From positions 22,850-86,849 of the forward strand of contig CAZVGK010000010.1 of the NCBI GenBank assembly GCA_964626665.1: a stretch of 64,000 nucleotides of DNA. Direction: 5' to 3'. Below the pieces are notes generated by a model. It saw only the letters and a list, made by a program, of their open reading frames with translations, had not been told where the DNA came from and did not search any database. This document shows positions 20,384 through 30,592 of this stretch, piece by piece (the stretch's first letter is position 1; each line of letters starts with the position of its first letter). The translations under genes were made by a program, and so were the position numbers. Origin of the DNA: an uncultured Gemmatimonadota bacterium. Lineage in GTDB: Bacteria; SM23-81; DAOVCL01.

Positions 20384-21244
20384 CTACCGGATAATGTCAT
20401 GAACAATCGTCAAGAGGGAATCGGCTTGGGTGGCATATGTCCTTCTCTGATCTCTGATCCCTTCCAGTAGGGGGACAGCCCTATCCGCATCCCCCTGTAA
20501 TAGATATGCTTGGGCCAGATACCAGCGGCTTTTGGCATTGAGAGAGTATTGGGTCAAGCCATCTGCTTTGGTCAATGCTTCGATTGCCCGTTCGGCTTGG
20601 CGATCAAGATAATAGCATATCCCCAGGTATAACCACCACGATCCGTTATCCGGAGCTTTTTCCACCGCATTTTTCAGATTGGCAATGGCGTCTTTGTAAT
20701 CCTCTACTAAGTAATCATTCATCCCCTCGTGGAATAGATGCTCCGCCTCGGTTACCATTTCACCTCGCAGTTTTTGAGGTCGGTAGGGCAGCTTTTCAAA
20801 GGAGAGATAGGTTAGGTAGGGGTTATCAGGATGGTGGAAAAGGGGCAGTATTGCGAATAGAAGTAACGCAGTTACCACTACTACGGCAGGTGCCAAAATC
20901 CGGGGTTTACTGAATGCCTTAAGCCCTTGTAGAATCTTCTCCCAAACGTTTTTTGGGGAAGTCTTTTGAATCCGGTCGGGTCGAGACAGAGCCAACAGCC
21001 GTTCCCTGAGGGACTCAAGACTGATTCCCTCGACGTGTAATCCTTGGGCGATCTCTGCCTTATGTCTTCGCATAGTGGAAATAGTTGGAAGCATCTCTTC
21101 AAGCTCGTGACGGCAGAAATCGCACTCCATAAGGTGTTCCTCAAAGCGATCACGTTCCTCATCCCCCAATTGTCCCATCTCATACTGGGTAATGAACGCT
21201 CCCACTTGGGGATCTATACATTCGTTCATTTTGTTACTTTTCAT
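20384..21244 (-). CDS. Anti-sigma factor: zf-HC2 domain, TM helix, periplasmic TPR domain
   Basis: 'FEEHLMECDFC' (HxxxCxxC), hydrophobic 'ILAPAVVVVTALLLFAILPLF', C-terminal TPRs. Confidence 0.85.
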   Translation of the reverse strand: MKSNKMNECIDPQVGAFITQYEMGQLGDEERDRFEEHLMECDFCRHELEEMLPTISTMRRHKAEIAQGLHVEGISLESLRERLLALSRPDRIQKTSPKNVWEKILQGLKAFSKPRILAPAVVVVTALLLFAILPLFHHPDNPYLTYLSFEKLPYRPQKLRGEMVTEAEHLFHEGMNDYLVEDYKDAIANLKNAVEKAPDNGSWWLYLGICYYLDRQAERAIEALTKADGLTQYSLNAKSRWYLAQAYLLQGDADRAVPLLEGIRDQRRTYATQADSLLTIVHDIIR

Positions 21245-21493
21245 CCTTAAAATGCGTCTATGTTTTTCTTTGCTCCAAGCGCTAAAGGATTCCGTCAGGG
21301 CAGGAGCCCTGACGGCACAGGGCGCTGCAGGCTAAAGCCTGCGGCTACCTACTGGAACCGGTTTGAGGGAAGCAGACCTAAGAGTCCTTCCTTACGGAAT
21401 GTTTTTCCTCTCTTGTCGTCAGGTGAGGACACCTGACGGCTCGTGGAGGGTACTTTGTGCCTTAGTGCCTTCGTGGCATATGAATTATTCAGG

Positions 21494-22126
21494 TTAGATC
21501 TGATCTTTTACTAATTTTCTCAGTCTCCGGCGACAATCGAATACCCTTTTGTCAAAAGTCGATCGGTGTAAGTCTGGTTCCACCTCCCGGGAAAGATGCC
21601 ACACCTCTCCAATGGTTTGGTCTTCCAAAATGGCGAGAAAGAAAGTCTGGCAAAAGAGTGAGAGTTTCTTTATAACCTTACGGATATAATCTGCTAAGTC
21701 TTTGGTTTCCAAATCATCGGTGAAGTTTCCCCCCGCTTGGGCTATGTTGCCACCCGTCTCTTCTCCAGATACCTCTTCAATGGGAACCTGCCCTTCGCTT
21801 GATCCTACTGCTATCACTCTTTTATGGGTCCTCAGCGCGTCCCCGATCTTGTGTCGCAGGACCTCCAGGGTGTAGAGGTGGGGATTGGACTTGATCTGAT
21901 CCAGCTTTTGTAGGAACACAACCAGCGTATCCTGTAGGATATCTTCAAGCTCCTCGGAAGACCATCCCCATAATCTATATTGCAGAATGGGACCTAATCT
22001 TACCTTGATTTTTCCACAGAGATCATTTCGAGACCCCCGATCTCCATCTTGTGCCCTCTTCAAGAGCCCATCCCAGTCAATGAGTTCCACATCAGCCAAT
22101 GGTTTTTCTTCACTAGCCGTCTTCAT
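21494..22126 (-). CDS. ECF-type RNA polymerase sigma factor
   Basis: 'EDILQDTLV' region 2 motif; 'RVFDCRRRLRKL' region 4; adjacent anti-sigma. Confidence 0.8.
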   Translation of the reverse strand: MKTASEEKPLADVELIDWDGLLKRAQDGDRGSRNDLCGKIKVRLGPILQYRLWGWSSEELEDILQDTLVVFLQKLDQIKSNPHLYTLEVLRHKIGDALRTHKRVIAVGSSEGQVPIEEVSGEETGGNIAQAGGNFTDDLETKDLADYIRKVIKKLSLFCQTFFLAILEDQTIGEVWHLSREVEPDLHRSTFDKRVFDCRRRLRKLVKDQI

Positions 22127-22366
22127 AACGCAAGGACTTAAAATTTATGTGACTTCTTTGACAGGATAACAGGATTTTCACGATTTAAACTACTCAAGAA
22201 AACGCCGAATGACACCGAAACCACCGAGTAAAGAACACAAACCCAATTTAACAGGCATTTTTAGGTGGGATTCCCCTTTTGATTTCTTGTCATACTGGTG
22301 ATTAATGCATAGTGTAGCTTATTTATCCTGTTTATCCTGTCAATCCTGTCCAAATTTGCCTCTCCG

Positions 22367-25300
22367 TTACTCAATCCTCCAATCCCCTAAGGCGATGAAG
22401 GCTCCCCAGCTATAGGGATGGTCGGATTGACCCTTCTTTCTCAGCTCTTTTATTCGATCCACTGCCATCTTTTGCATTAGCTGCGATATGTTCCCCCTCT
22501 TGGCACCGTAGAGCTTCCCCATCAACTCAGCGGTGGCCTGGTCCGATACGGGCCAAAGTGCACTGATCACCGTGCGTGTACCGGCCATCTGGAAGGCACG
22601 TCTCAATCCATACACACCCTCTCCTGATTTTACCTCCCCCAAACCAGTCTCGCAGGCGGAAAGCACCACCAGCTCGGTTCCCTCCAGGTTCATCCCAGCT
22701 ACCTCTTCTGCAGTCAATACCCCATCCTCACAACCGAGGCTGTCTGCTCCCTTCCCATGAAGGTTAGAACCGGCCAAAAACAGACCAGAGTGAAGCAGGG
22801 GGTTCTCCCCCACAAAGGTTTCCAATGGATCGATACTTCTCCGCTGGGGCCTCTGTAAATACTCCGGAGAGATGAAATAACCATGGGTGGCCAGATGGAT
22901 TATCCTTGAGCCAGGAGCATCGGCCTTGAAGGTTTCCTCACTGGCTTGTGCACCCAGATAGACCTTCTCTGATTCTTTGCTTTCTTCTTTCCATTTCTTC
23001 GCTATCAATTCAACCTCTTGTCGGGTTTGGGGCAGACGGGAAACTCTCGTATCGCTCAGTTTTTTACAGCCGGAGCGGACATTGCGAACAATGGGGAAAA
23101 CGGAGGCAAGGAGGGTATCAGCAGGAGCTTGTATCGGTTTTGTTGATAGGCGTGCCGAAGCCGGGGCATCGTAATCCGGGTCACCCAATGCCAACAGCCC
23201 AAATCCACGGGGAGGCCTCTCCTTCAGTCTGAGCAGATCACGTCCCGAGGAAAGATAGTGGATAGGATATTTCTCGATTAAGTATTTCCCTGTAGCATCC
23301 ATTAAACCGGCAAAGGAGACCAGATTCAAGGCGCCATCCGGGGCGATGAAAACGATCTTTGCCCCACTCAGCCTCCCTTCGATGGGCTTCCAAACCAGAC
23401 TGTATATCTCATCTGATATTCTCTTAAAGTCCCTTTCATCGATCATCTTCGGGAACTGGAAGTGGGATCGATACCAAGAAACAGATGAATCTATCTTTGC
23501 TGCCTGCCCCAGGTCAAGGGTGAATACTTCATTCTCGCTGTTCAGCACTACGGCAAGGTAATGGGACTCCGTCTTTCCTCTGGGCTTGCTGTAGCTGTAT
23601 TTCATATATTCAACCAAGGCAGAGCCGGTTGGAAGACATCGGGAGACTTTTCTGGAATCTACCTCCCAGACCTCCAGTTCCCTTCTAAAGCTGGCGCTCC
23701 TCCGGGCCAACTCCGACTCCAACCGCTCCTTCTCTGCATTTGCTTGGGCAAGTTTATCTTTATAACCTTCGGGATGTTCCTCGTCTGGACCCTTAACCCA
23801 CAGCTTCGCTAAAGTGAAGCGGGCAAGCCTCAGCGAATCTGCCAATGACATAAGGCTGCTATCCGTCTCTTGGAAAAGGGCCCTTTGACGGGCGAAGATC
23901 CCATCTGAGACCTGTCCCTTGGAGGAGAGGGCTACATTAGCTATCTCCCTCGAACAGCTTGAGCCCGTATCAGGGGAATCACACAGGATGGATAGGTAAG
24001 TTCCGGCCTCATCCCTCATAAATTTTGAGTAGAGGAGGACGTTTTTTTCGGAGAGGACCTCAAAGCCGTCCCGGAAATTTTTGCGGCGGATACCATAGGC
24101 TCTCTTTGCCAATCTTCTCGCATCAAACCATCTTCTCTGATCCTTGTAAAGAACTGTCGATCCACTCAGACACGCTGCCACCTCTGGGTGATCAGGACCG
24201 AAGGTTTTCTCAAGGATCCCCAGCGCCCGGTTGCAAAGCGTGTCAGCCTCGGCGTATTTGCTCTGATTGACATATAGAACTGCCAAGTTGGTTAGACCCC
24301 TAGCTACTCTCAGATGATCAGGGCCAAGGGCTTTCTCCCAGATCTTCAGCGCCCGTTTATAAAGCACCTCAGCCTCGGCGTATCTACCTTGATCGTTATA
24401 TAGAGTCCCCAGGCTGAATAGGCTTCCAGCCACTAACGGGTGATCAGCCCCGTGGGTCTCCTCCCGAATCTTCAGCGCCCGCTTATAAAGCGGCTCAGCC
24501 TCGGCGTATCTGTCCTGATTGACATATAAATTCCCCAGGTTGTTTAGGCTTATAGCCACGCTCGGATGATCAGGGCCGTCGGACTTCTCCTTAATCGCAA
24601 GTGCCTGCTTGTAAAGCAACTCAGCAGCAGCATATCTACCCCAGCTGTGATATAGTCTCCCTAAGTCACTTAGGCTTCCACCCACGTACGGATGATCAGG
24701 GCCAAGGGCCTTCTCCCAAATCTTCAGCGCCCGCTTATAAAGCGGCTCAGCCTCGGCGTATCTACCCTCATTGACATATAGAGCCCCCAGGTTGTGTAGG
24801 CTTACAGCCACCTTCGGATGATCAGGGCCAAGGGCTTTCTCCCAGATCTTCAGCGCCCGTTTATGAATCGGTTCAATATCGGCATATCTGCCCTGATCGC
24901 TATATAGAAGCGCCAAGTTGTTCAGACCCACAGCCACCTTCGGATGATCAGGGCCAAGGGCCTTTTCCCAAATCTTCAGCCCCCGTTTGTAAAGCGGCTC
25001 AGCCTCGGCGTATCTGCCCTGCTTAGCCTGTAGAATCGCCAGACTGTTCAAACTCCCAGCCAGATATGGGTGGTTAGGGTCGAGAGTTTTCTCCCGAATA
25101 TCTAGCGCTCCTTCATGAAGCGATTCAGCCTCGGCGTATCTACCCTGATCCTCATATAGATTCGCCAGGTTGTATAGGATTATAGCCACCTCCGGGTGAT
25201 TAGTGCTGAAGGTTTTCTCCCGAATATCTAGTGCTCGTTTATAAAGCGGTTCAGCCTCGGCGTATCTACCTTGCGTTCTGAACAATATCCCCAGGCCGTT

Positions 25301-25648
25301 CAGGACTGTAGCCACCTTAGGGTGATCAGGACCCAGGGCTTTCTCACAGATCTCCAGCGCTCGTCTCCAAAACGACTCGGCATCGGCGTACCCGGCCTGA
25401 TAGTAATGGAGTTTTCCCAAGCTGTGCAACACAGATGCCACAGTCGTATCTGACTTCCCAAATTGTACTTCGGCCTTTTGGAGGGCAGCTTCAGCTATCA
25501 CAACCGCTGAGTCCAGATTCCCAGCTTCCGAAAGCGAGTCCGCCTGGCCCATCAAATCCTTCCAGGTCTGCCCAGAAGCAGAATAGCCGGATAAAAGGAG
25601 AATGAGAACGCCCAAGCCGAATATGACGACCAACAATCTCTTCATCAT
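22367..25648 (-). CDS. Secreted TPR-CHAT (caspase-like) protease
   Basis: Signal peptide; about 10 42-aa TPRs ('GRYAEAEPLYKRAL.I.EKALGPDHP'); catalytic 'IHLATHG' and 'VVLSACETG'; 'HPYSWGAF'. Confidence 0.95.
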   Translation of the reverse strand: MMKRLLVVIFGLGVLILLLSGYSASGQTWKDLMGQADSLSEAGNLDSAVVIAEAALQKAEVQFGKSDTTVASVLHSLGKLHYYQAGYADAESFWRRALEICEKALGPDHPKVATVLNGLGILFRTQGRYAEAEPLYKRALDIREKTFSTNHPEVAIILYNLANLYEDQGRYAEAESLHEGALDIREKTLDPNHPYLAGSLNSLAILQAKQGRYAEAEPLYKRGLKIWEKALGPDHPKVAVGLNNLALLYSDQGRYADIEPIHKRALKIWEKALGPDHPKVAVSLHNLGALYVNEGRYAEAEPLYKRALKIWEKALGPDHPYVGGSLSDLGRLYHSWGRYAAAELLYKQALAIKEKSDGPDHPSVAISLNNLGNLYVNQDRYAEAEPLYKRALKIREETHGADHPLVAGSLFSLGTLYNDQGRYAEAEVLYKRALKIWEKALGPDHLRVARGLTNLAVLYVNQSKYAEADTLCNRALGILEKTFGPDHPEVAACLSGSTVLYKDQRRWFDARRLAKRAYGIRRKNFRDGFEVLSEKNVLLYSKFMRDEAGTYLSILCDSPDTGSSCSREIANVALSSKGQVSDGIFARQRALFQETDSSLMSLADSLRLARFTLAKLWVKGPDEEHPEGYKDKLAQANAEKERLESELARRSASFRRELEVWEVDSRKVSRCLPTGSALVEYMKYSYSKPRGKTESHYLAVVLNSENEVFTLDLGQAAKIDSSVSWYRSHFQFPKMIDERDFKRISDEIYSLVWKPIEGRLSGAKIVFIAPDGALNLVSFAGLMDATGKYLIEKYPIHYLSSGRDLLRLKERPPRGFGLLALGDPDYDAPASARLSTKPIQAPADTLLASVFPIVRNVRSGCKKLSDTRVSRLPQTRQEVELIAKKWKEESKESEKVYLGAQASEETFKADAPGSRIIHLATHGYFISPEYLQRPQRRSIDPLETFVGENPLLHSGLFLAGSNLHGKGADSLGCEDGVLTAEEVAGMNLEGTELVVLSACETGLGEVKSGEGVYGLRRAFQMAGTRTVISALWPVSDQATAELMGKLYGAKRGNISQLMQKMAVDRIKELRKKGQSDHPYSWGAFIALGDWRIE

Positions 25649-25714
25649 ATTCCCTCCTTCTCAAGGAAACATTTACTGATCACAACTTATACCTGCTGAT
25701 TAATATGGTGACAC

Positions 25715-25887
25715 TTCACCACGGAATCTCACGGAATTACATAGCGCGGCAAAGCCGCAACCAAACAAGGGCCACAGATTACACGGATTTCACTGAATTT
25801 CTGGAACACGAATGACACGAATAAACGAATCTACACGAATAGATAAGAAAATCATAACGATTCACCACGGAATCTCACGGAATTACA
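25715..25887. repeat. Nested repeat cluster bounded by a perfect 27-bp direct repeat
   Basis: TTCACCACGGAATCTCACGGAATTACA at 25715-25741 and 25861-25887, enclosing GCGGCAAAGCCGCAACC and CACAGATTACACGGAT / CACGAAT arrays. Confidence 0.85.
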
Positions 25888-26309
25888 CTGAGATCCTTTG
25901 TCAATGAATTCTTTGTGAAGCAACTTGCTTGGTTCTAATCCCCCGCTCGTGTGCATGTTATCATCTACAAAATGATTTCTCTCGTCAGGGCAGGAGCCCT
26001 GACGGCACAGGAAATTTTATGGCTTCATACTTTCTTCCTGTGTATAGGGGAAATATAACTTGGTTGGGATGGGGAGTCAAGCTTCAAATTTCCTTCGAAG
26101 CATGGAAACAAGACCACTGATGTATGCTGAGGAGATCGGACAGACCTGAAGGTCTGTCCCTACAGAACTATATCAATTGAGCGGTCAGATCCCCTGATCT
26201 GATCAGAGGGAGGGTGGCAGAACAGGGTTCTACCACCTCGGTATCAACTATGCTTAGCTTTGGAATGATTAAAAGAAATAGGAGATGTTCCAAAGAGCCA
26301 TCTTTCCCC

Positions 26310-26338
26310 TTGACAGGTGAGGGTAGCTTCATTAAATT
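26310..26338 (+). promoter_or_regulatory. Sigma70 promoter
   Basis: TTGACA-17-TAAATT upstream of the 66-aa gene and the vor operon. Confidence 0.7.
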
Positions 26339-26395
26339 AAGTAGGCAAATTAGTTATGTGGATAGTGAAAAATCTTTTTGAAGTGAGGTAGAGGA

Positions 26396-26596
26396 ATGGC
26401 CAAGAAAGATAGAAGTTTTGCTGCCAAGATGGCCAGGAGCACAGCGGTAAAGGGGGAGATCTGTCCGGTGTGTGGAGGGGCAATTCAGCCCGTGATTTAC
26501 ATCAAATCTGAGAGGTCACCTCTAACAGGGGCGTGGAGGTTCAAACGGAGCACGGTGAAGGTTTGTAAATGTAACCATAAGGAGATATATGGATAG
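26396..26596 (+). CDS. Small basic zinc-ribbon protein resembling DUF4295 / ribosomal protein bL38
   Basis: 'MAKK' start, 'KSERSPLTGAWRFK' motif, CPVC and CKC cysteines; RBS GAGG. Confidence 0.6.
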   Translation: MAKKDRSFAAKMARSTAVKGEICPVCGGAIQPVIYIKSERSPLTGAWRFKRSTVKVCKCNHKEIYG

Positions 26597-26805
26597 AAAA
26601 TGAAGAATTAAGAATGGAGAATTAAGAATTAAAAATGAGGGAAACTGTTGGTCTTGGGTGGTTTGGGCGAGGGGGGTGGAGTTGAGCTAAGGGAGATTAG
26701 GTTTGAACTCAACCAAGGTTTGTGCCTTGGTTTTTTTTGTGAAAAAAATAACTTGCCAACCCCAAAATTTTCTTTAGATTGATAGGGAAATGGAAAGGAG
26801 CCTCT

Positions 26806-27069
26806 ATGGTAGAGCAGGTTATTGAGGGGACGCTTCCTCGGATAGAGATTTTGGAGGAGGAGTGTAAGGGTTGTGGGCTGTGTATCCAAGATTGTCCCGT
26901 AAAAGTGATTGAGGTCTCTCCCTCCCTGAACAGTCACGGGTATCATCCGGCTCGTTACAAGGGGGAAGGGTGTATTGGGTGTGGTATCTGTTTTTATGTC
27001 TGTCCTGAACCAGGGGCGATAACGGTTTATATGAAGGGGTATAAACCGCCAAAGAAAGAGGAGGAATAG
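26806..27069 (+). CDS. 2x[4Fe-4S] ferredoxin, delta subunit of 2-oxoacid:ferredoxin oxidoreductase
   Basis: Two CxxCxxCxxxCP motifs; AAGGAG before ATG 26806. Confidence 0.92.
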   Translation: MVEQVIEGTLPRIEILEEECKGCGLCIQDCPVKVIEVSPSLNSHGYHPARYKGEGCIGCGICFYVCPEPGAITVYMKGYKPPKKEEE

Positions 27070-28137
27070 ATGGCCAGGGAGTTGATCAAGGGGAACGAGG
27101 CAGTGGTAAAGGGGGCCATCTTAGCCGGGTGCCGGGCCTATTTCGGTTATCCAATTACCCCGGCCAGTGAGATCGCCCATGCTGCTGCTCGGTATCTCCC
27201 CTTGGTGGGGGGGACATTTATTCAGGGAGAAAGTGAGGTGGCCTCCATTCAGATGGTCTATGGAGCAGCCTCGGCAGGCCAAAGGGCGTTGACGGCATCC
27301 TCCGGCCCGGGAATCAGCTTGAAACAGGAGGGGGTCTCCTATATGGCTGGCTCTGAGCTTCCCTGTGTGATTGTTGATGTGATGAGGGGAGGGCCCGGTT
27401 TGGGGAATATTGCCCCTGAACAGGGTGATTATCATCAAGTGGTCAAAGGCGGTGGCCATGGGAACTACAAGACAATCGTCTTGGCCCCAAACTCCGCTCA
27501 GGAGATGTGTGATCTCACTATGTTGGCCTTCGATCTTGCTGACAAATATAGAAATCCGGCTGTTGTTTTGGCAGATGGCTTTGTGGGACAGATGATGGAG
27601 CCTGTGGAGTTTCCCAAGCCAAAACCGATCAAAGGGGAGAAACCTTGGGTTGTCAATGGGACTAAAGAGATGAGCAAGAACCTGATCACCTCCATCTATC
27701 TTTCCCCTGAGGAGTTAGAGGAGCATGTAATGAAGTTGGCCCGCAAATATGCGGAGGTGGAGGAAAAGGAGCAGCGGTTTGAGGCCTACCAATTAGAGGG
27801 GGCAGAGATTGTCACCATAGGCTATGGCATAGTCTCTCGGATACTCCATACTGTTGTGGATAGGGCAAGGAAGGAAGGGATGAAGATAGGGTTACTGCGG
27901 CCGATTACCCTTTGGCCTTTTCCCAGGAAGAAGATGAAGGAACTAGCCGAGAGCGTGAAGAGTTTCCTGGTGGTGGAGATGAGCACTGGCCAAATGGTTG
28001 ACGATGTGAGGTTGGCCACCGAGGAAAGGAAGCCCGTGCACTTTTATGGAAGGAGTGGGGGAATGGTTCCCTCCGTGGATGAGATTTGGCAAAAGATTAA
28101 AGAGATCACAAATGTAACCGCAGATGAATCTGGATAG
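27070..28137 (+). CDS. vorB: 2-oxoisovalerate:ferredoxin oxidoreductase alpha-type subunit
   Basis: 'KGNEA', 'FGYPITP.SE', '[12 protein letters not shown]', 'RGGPGLGNI', 'KGGGHG'. Confidence 0.9.
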   Translation: MARELIKGNEAVVKGAILAGCRAYFGYPITPASEIAHAAARYLPLVGGTFIQGESEVASIQMVYGAASAGQRALTASSGPGISLKQEGVSYMAGSELPCVIVDVMRGGPGLGNIAPEQGDYHQVVKGGGHGNYKTIVLAPNSAQEMCDLTMLAFDLADKYRNPAVVLADGFVGQMMEPVEFPKPKPIKGEKPWVVNGTKEMSKNLITSIYLSPEELEEHVMKLARKYAEVEEKEQRFEAYQLEGAEIVTIGYGIVSRILHTVVDRARKEGMKIGLLRPITLWPFPRKKMKELAESVKSFLVVEMSTGQMVDDVRLATEERKPVHFYGRSGGMVPSVDEIWQKIKEITNVTADESG

Positions 28138-28408
28138 GCAAAGCCGCAACCGAATAATTCACCGCAGAGTCGCAAAGAACGCAAAGTTTAAAGATTATTA
28201 ACCAATCGTTTTATTTCATTTCTCTTTTGCTTTTTATCTCCTCTGCGCTTTTTGCGGTAAAAAAACTTTGCCCAAAAAACAAGATCTTGCAAAATTGTAG
28301 CACAGAAAAACAGGGTTCAGTCTTCAGGGATTGGGAATAGCCAGCATAGGTTTCATTCTAAATTCTAAATTCTAAATTCTTAATTGCTTTTTTCCGTGGT
28401 GAACCATT
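28117..28408. repeat. Nested repeat element inside the vor operon
   Basis: CCGCAGATGAA, GGCAAAGCCGCAACC, CGCAGAG/CGCAAAG 9-mers with an inverted copy, TTCTAAA heptamers, TCCGTGGTGAAC end. 28261-28404 is a reverse-complement homolog of 38606-38730. Confidence 0.8.
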
Positions 28409-28429
28409 AAAAGATGAGAGAAAACTGAG

Positions 28430-29857
28430 ATGAGTGGGAGAATACTAAAGAAGGCGGATTCTTTTTACGATGTTTATGAAAGGAAACCAGGGGCAGACAA
28501 GCTTACAACGCATTACTGCCCTGGTTGTGGCCATGGCACCCTGCACAAGATCATTGCCGAGGCCATAGACGATTTTGGCATAAGGGATAGGACTATCATC
28601 ATCAGCCCTGTCGGCTGTAGCGTCTTCGCTTATTATTACTTTGACTGTGGCAATGTGCAGGTGGCTCATGGGAGGGCACCGGCGGTGGCCACCGGTTTGA
28701 AGAGGGCCAATCCAGAGAGCATTGTGATCAGCTACCAAGGGGATGGGGATATCGCCGCCATCGGGGGGAACAACATCCTCCAGGCGGCCAACCGGGGGGA
28801 GAATATAACAGTCATCTTTGTGAACAATGCCATCTACGGAATGACAGGTGGGCAGATGGCCCCCACTACTCTGGTGGGGCAGAGGACTATGACCACCCCC
28901 AGAGGCCGCGATCCCCACAACGAGGGTTATCCCTTAAGGCTTTCTGAGCTACTTGCCACCCTGGAGTCACCGGTCTATATTGAGAGGGTAGCCCTCACCG
29001 ATGCTAAGAATGTGATGAAGGCCAGGAAGGCAGTGCGCAAGGCCATTCAGTGTCAGATGGAGAACAAGGGTTTCTCTATGGTGGAGGCCCTCTCCCCCTG
29101 TCCCAGTGGCTGGAGGGTCACTCCTGTAGAGGCCAGGGATTGGATAAAGGAGAGGATGTTGCCCTATTTTAAGCTTGGCATCTACAAGGATATCATCCAG
29201 GAGAGGGAATCCTATGTCCCTTCCAAGGAGGAGTTCACTCCCAGTCAGATAGAGGAGATATTGGGAAGAGCTGAGGCAGGAGTGAAAGAGGAGGGGTGGG
29301 TGGAACGGCCCGAGCCCAAGTATCGCAACCCGAGGATCAAGATAGCCGGCTTTGGAGGGCAGGGGGTCTTGCTCTTGGGGGAGGCCTTGGCCGAAAGTGG
29401 CATGAAGGCTGGCTATCAAGTGACTTGGCTACCATCTTATGGCCCGGAGATGAGGGGAGGGACAGCTAATTGTCAGGTGATTATCAATGATGATCGCATA
29501 GGCTCCCCCCTGGTTTCCACCCCTGATGTGTTGATCGCGATGAACAGGCCTTCCTTGGAGAGGTTTGAGCCAGAGGTGCGGGAAGGGGGACTGATCATCT
29601 ACAATAGCTCCCTCATAGACATCGAGCCACGAAGGGAAGATGTGGAGGTTATCGCTATCCCGGCCACGGAGATCGCCGATAAATTGGGAAATACCAGGGT
29701 GGCCAATATGGTAATCCTGGGAAGCTATGTGGCCAAGACAGGGATTCTCACCAAGGAGGCCATAACCTCTGCCTTCCCCGTTTTCATTAAGAGGAGTGAC
29801 CTTATTCCTTTAAATGAGGAGGCTTTGCAGAAGGGGATGGACTGGGTGAAGGGTTAA
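28430..29857 (+). CDS. vorA: 2-oxoacid:ferredoxin oxidoreductase beta-gamma fusion subunit
   Basis: 'HYCPGCGHG', TPP motif 'YQGDGD...NN', 'YGMTGGQ', gamma domain 'AGFGGQG', 'SYGPEMRGGT'. Confidence 0.9.
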   Translation: MSGRILKKADSFYDVYERKPGADKLTTHYCPGCGHGTLHKIIAEAIDDFGIRDRTIIISPVGCSVFAYYYFDCGNVQVAHGRAPAVATGLKRANPESIVISYQGDGDIAAIGGNNILQAANRGENITVIFVNNAIYGMTGGQMAPTTLVGQRTMTTPRGRDPHNEGYPLRLSELLATLESPVYIERVALTDAKNVMKARKAVRKAIQCQMENKGFSMVEALSPCPSGWRVTPVEARDWIKERMLPYFKLGIYKDIIQERESYVPSKEEFTPSQIEEILGRAEAGVKEEGWVERPEPKYRNPRIKIAGFGGQGVLLLGEALAESGMKAGYQVTWLPSYGPEMRGGTANCQVIINDDRIGSPLVSTPDVLIAMNRPSLERFEPEVREGGLIIYNSSLIDIEPRREDVEVIAIPATEIADKLGNTRVANMVILGSYVAKTGILTKEAITSAFPVFIKRSDLIPLNEEALQKGMDWVKG

Positions 29858-29863
29858 CTTTTT

Positions 29864-29896
29864 GGGGCGATGCCCGCAGGCATCGCCCCCTTTTTG
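29864..29896 (+). terminator. Intrinsic terminator after the vor operon
   Basis: GGGGCGATGCC-CGCA-GGCATCGCCCC followed by a T run. Confidence 0.85.
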
Positions 29897-30592
29897 TTAT
29901 AGTAGCCCCAACCAAAACCTGACAGAATTGTTGCTATCTCGGTGATAGGCTTCCTATAGCACGAAAATTGGGACCTTTCCTTATTTGACATTTATCTTCT
30001 CTACTTTTTCTTTAGAAGAAAAAGTAGCAAAAAGAAGCGTGCTTTTCGCCAATCTTTTCCCAGGCCTCTTGCAAACTTAGTGGGTAGGGAAACTCCCTTC
30101 TCCTTCGCTCTCCGATCCCCATAAATGGGGAGCGAAGAATTGCCCACCCCTTGATAGGCTCTGGATACTCTTTTGCCAAATCCTGCGGCGAAAAGCACAA
30201 TCCCCCCACCTGGAGAGAGTATCCCTGATAGGTCGGGATGCCAAACATAGATTATACGAGCAATGGATGGTTGCTCCGCATGTTAAAGTCCAGAAGCGGA
30301 TCACTTTTTTTCCCAAAAGTGAAGGTGGGCCTTCAGCCTCCACACAAAGCCACGGGAGAAATGCGGAAACATCCAGCCCACCAGAAAAGTCAATTAAGAA
30401 TTGAGAATTGAGAATGAAAGAAACTCCCCTAAGTGGCAGAATCGGGGTTCTGCCACCTCTTCTTTGCAATAATTTCCTCTCCCTTCGATGGCGAGGGGGA
30501 AAACCAAAAAATTACTCACCCTCTCCTTAGTCCTCCCCCATCAAGGGGGGAGGAAATCGTTTATGCGCGTCGCTCGCCGGGGATTATCCCCG

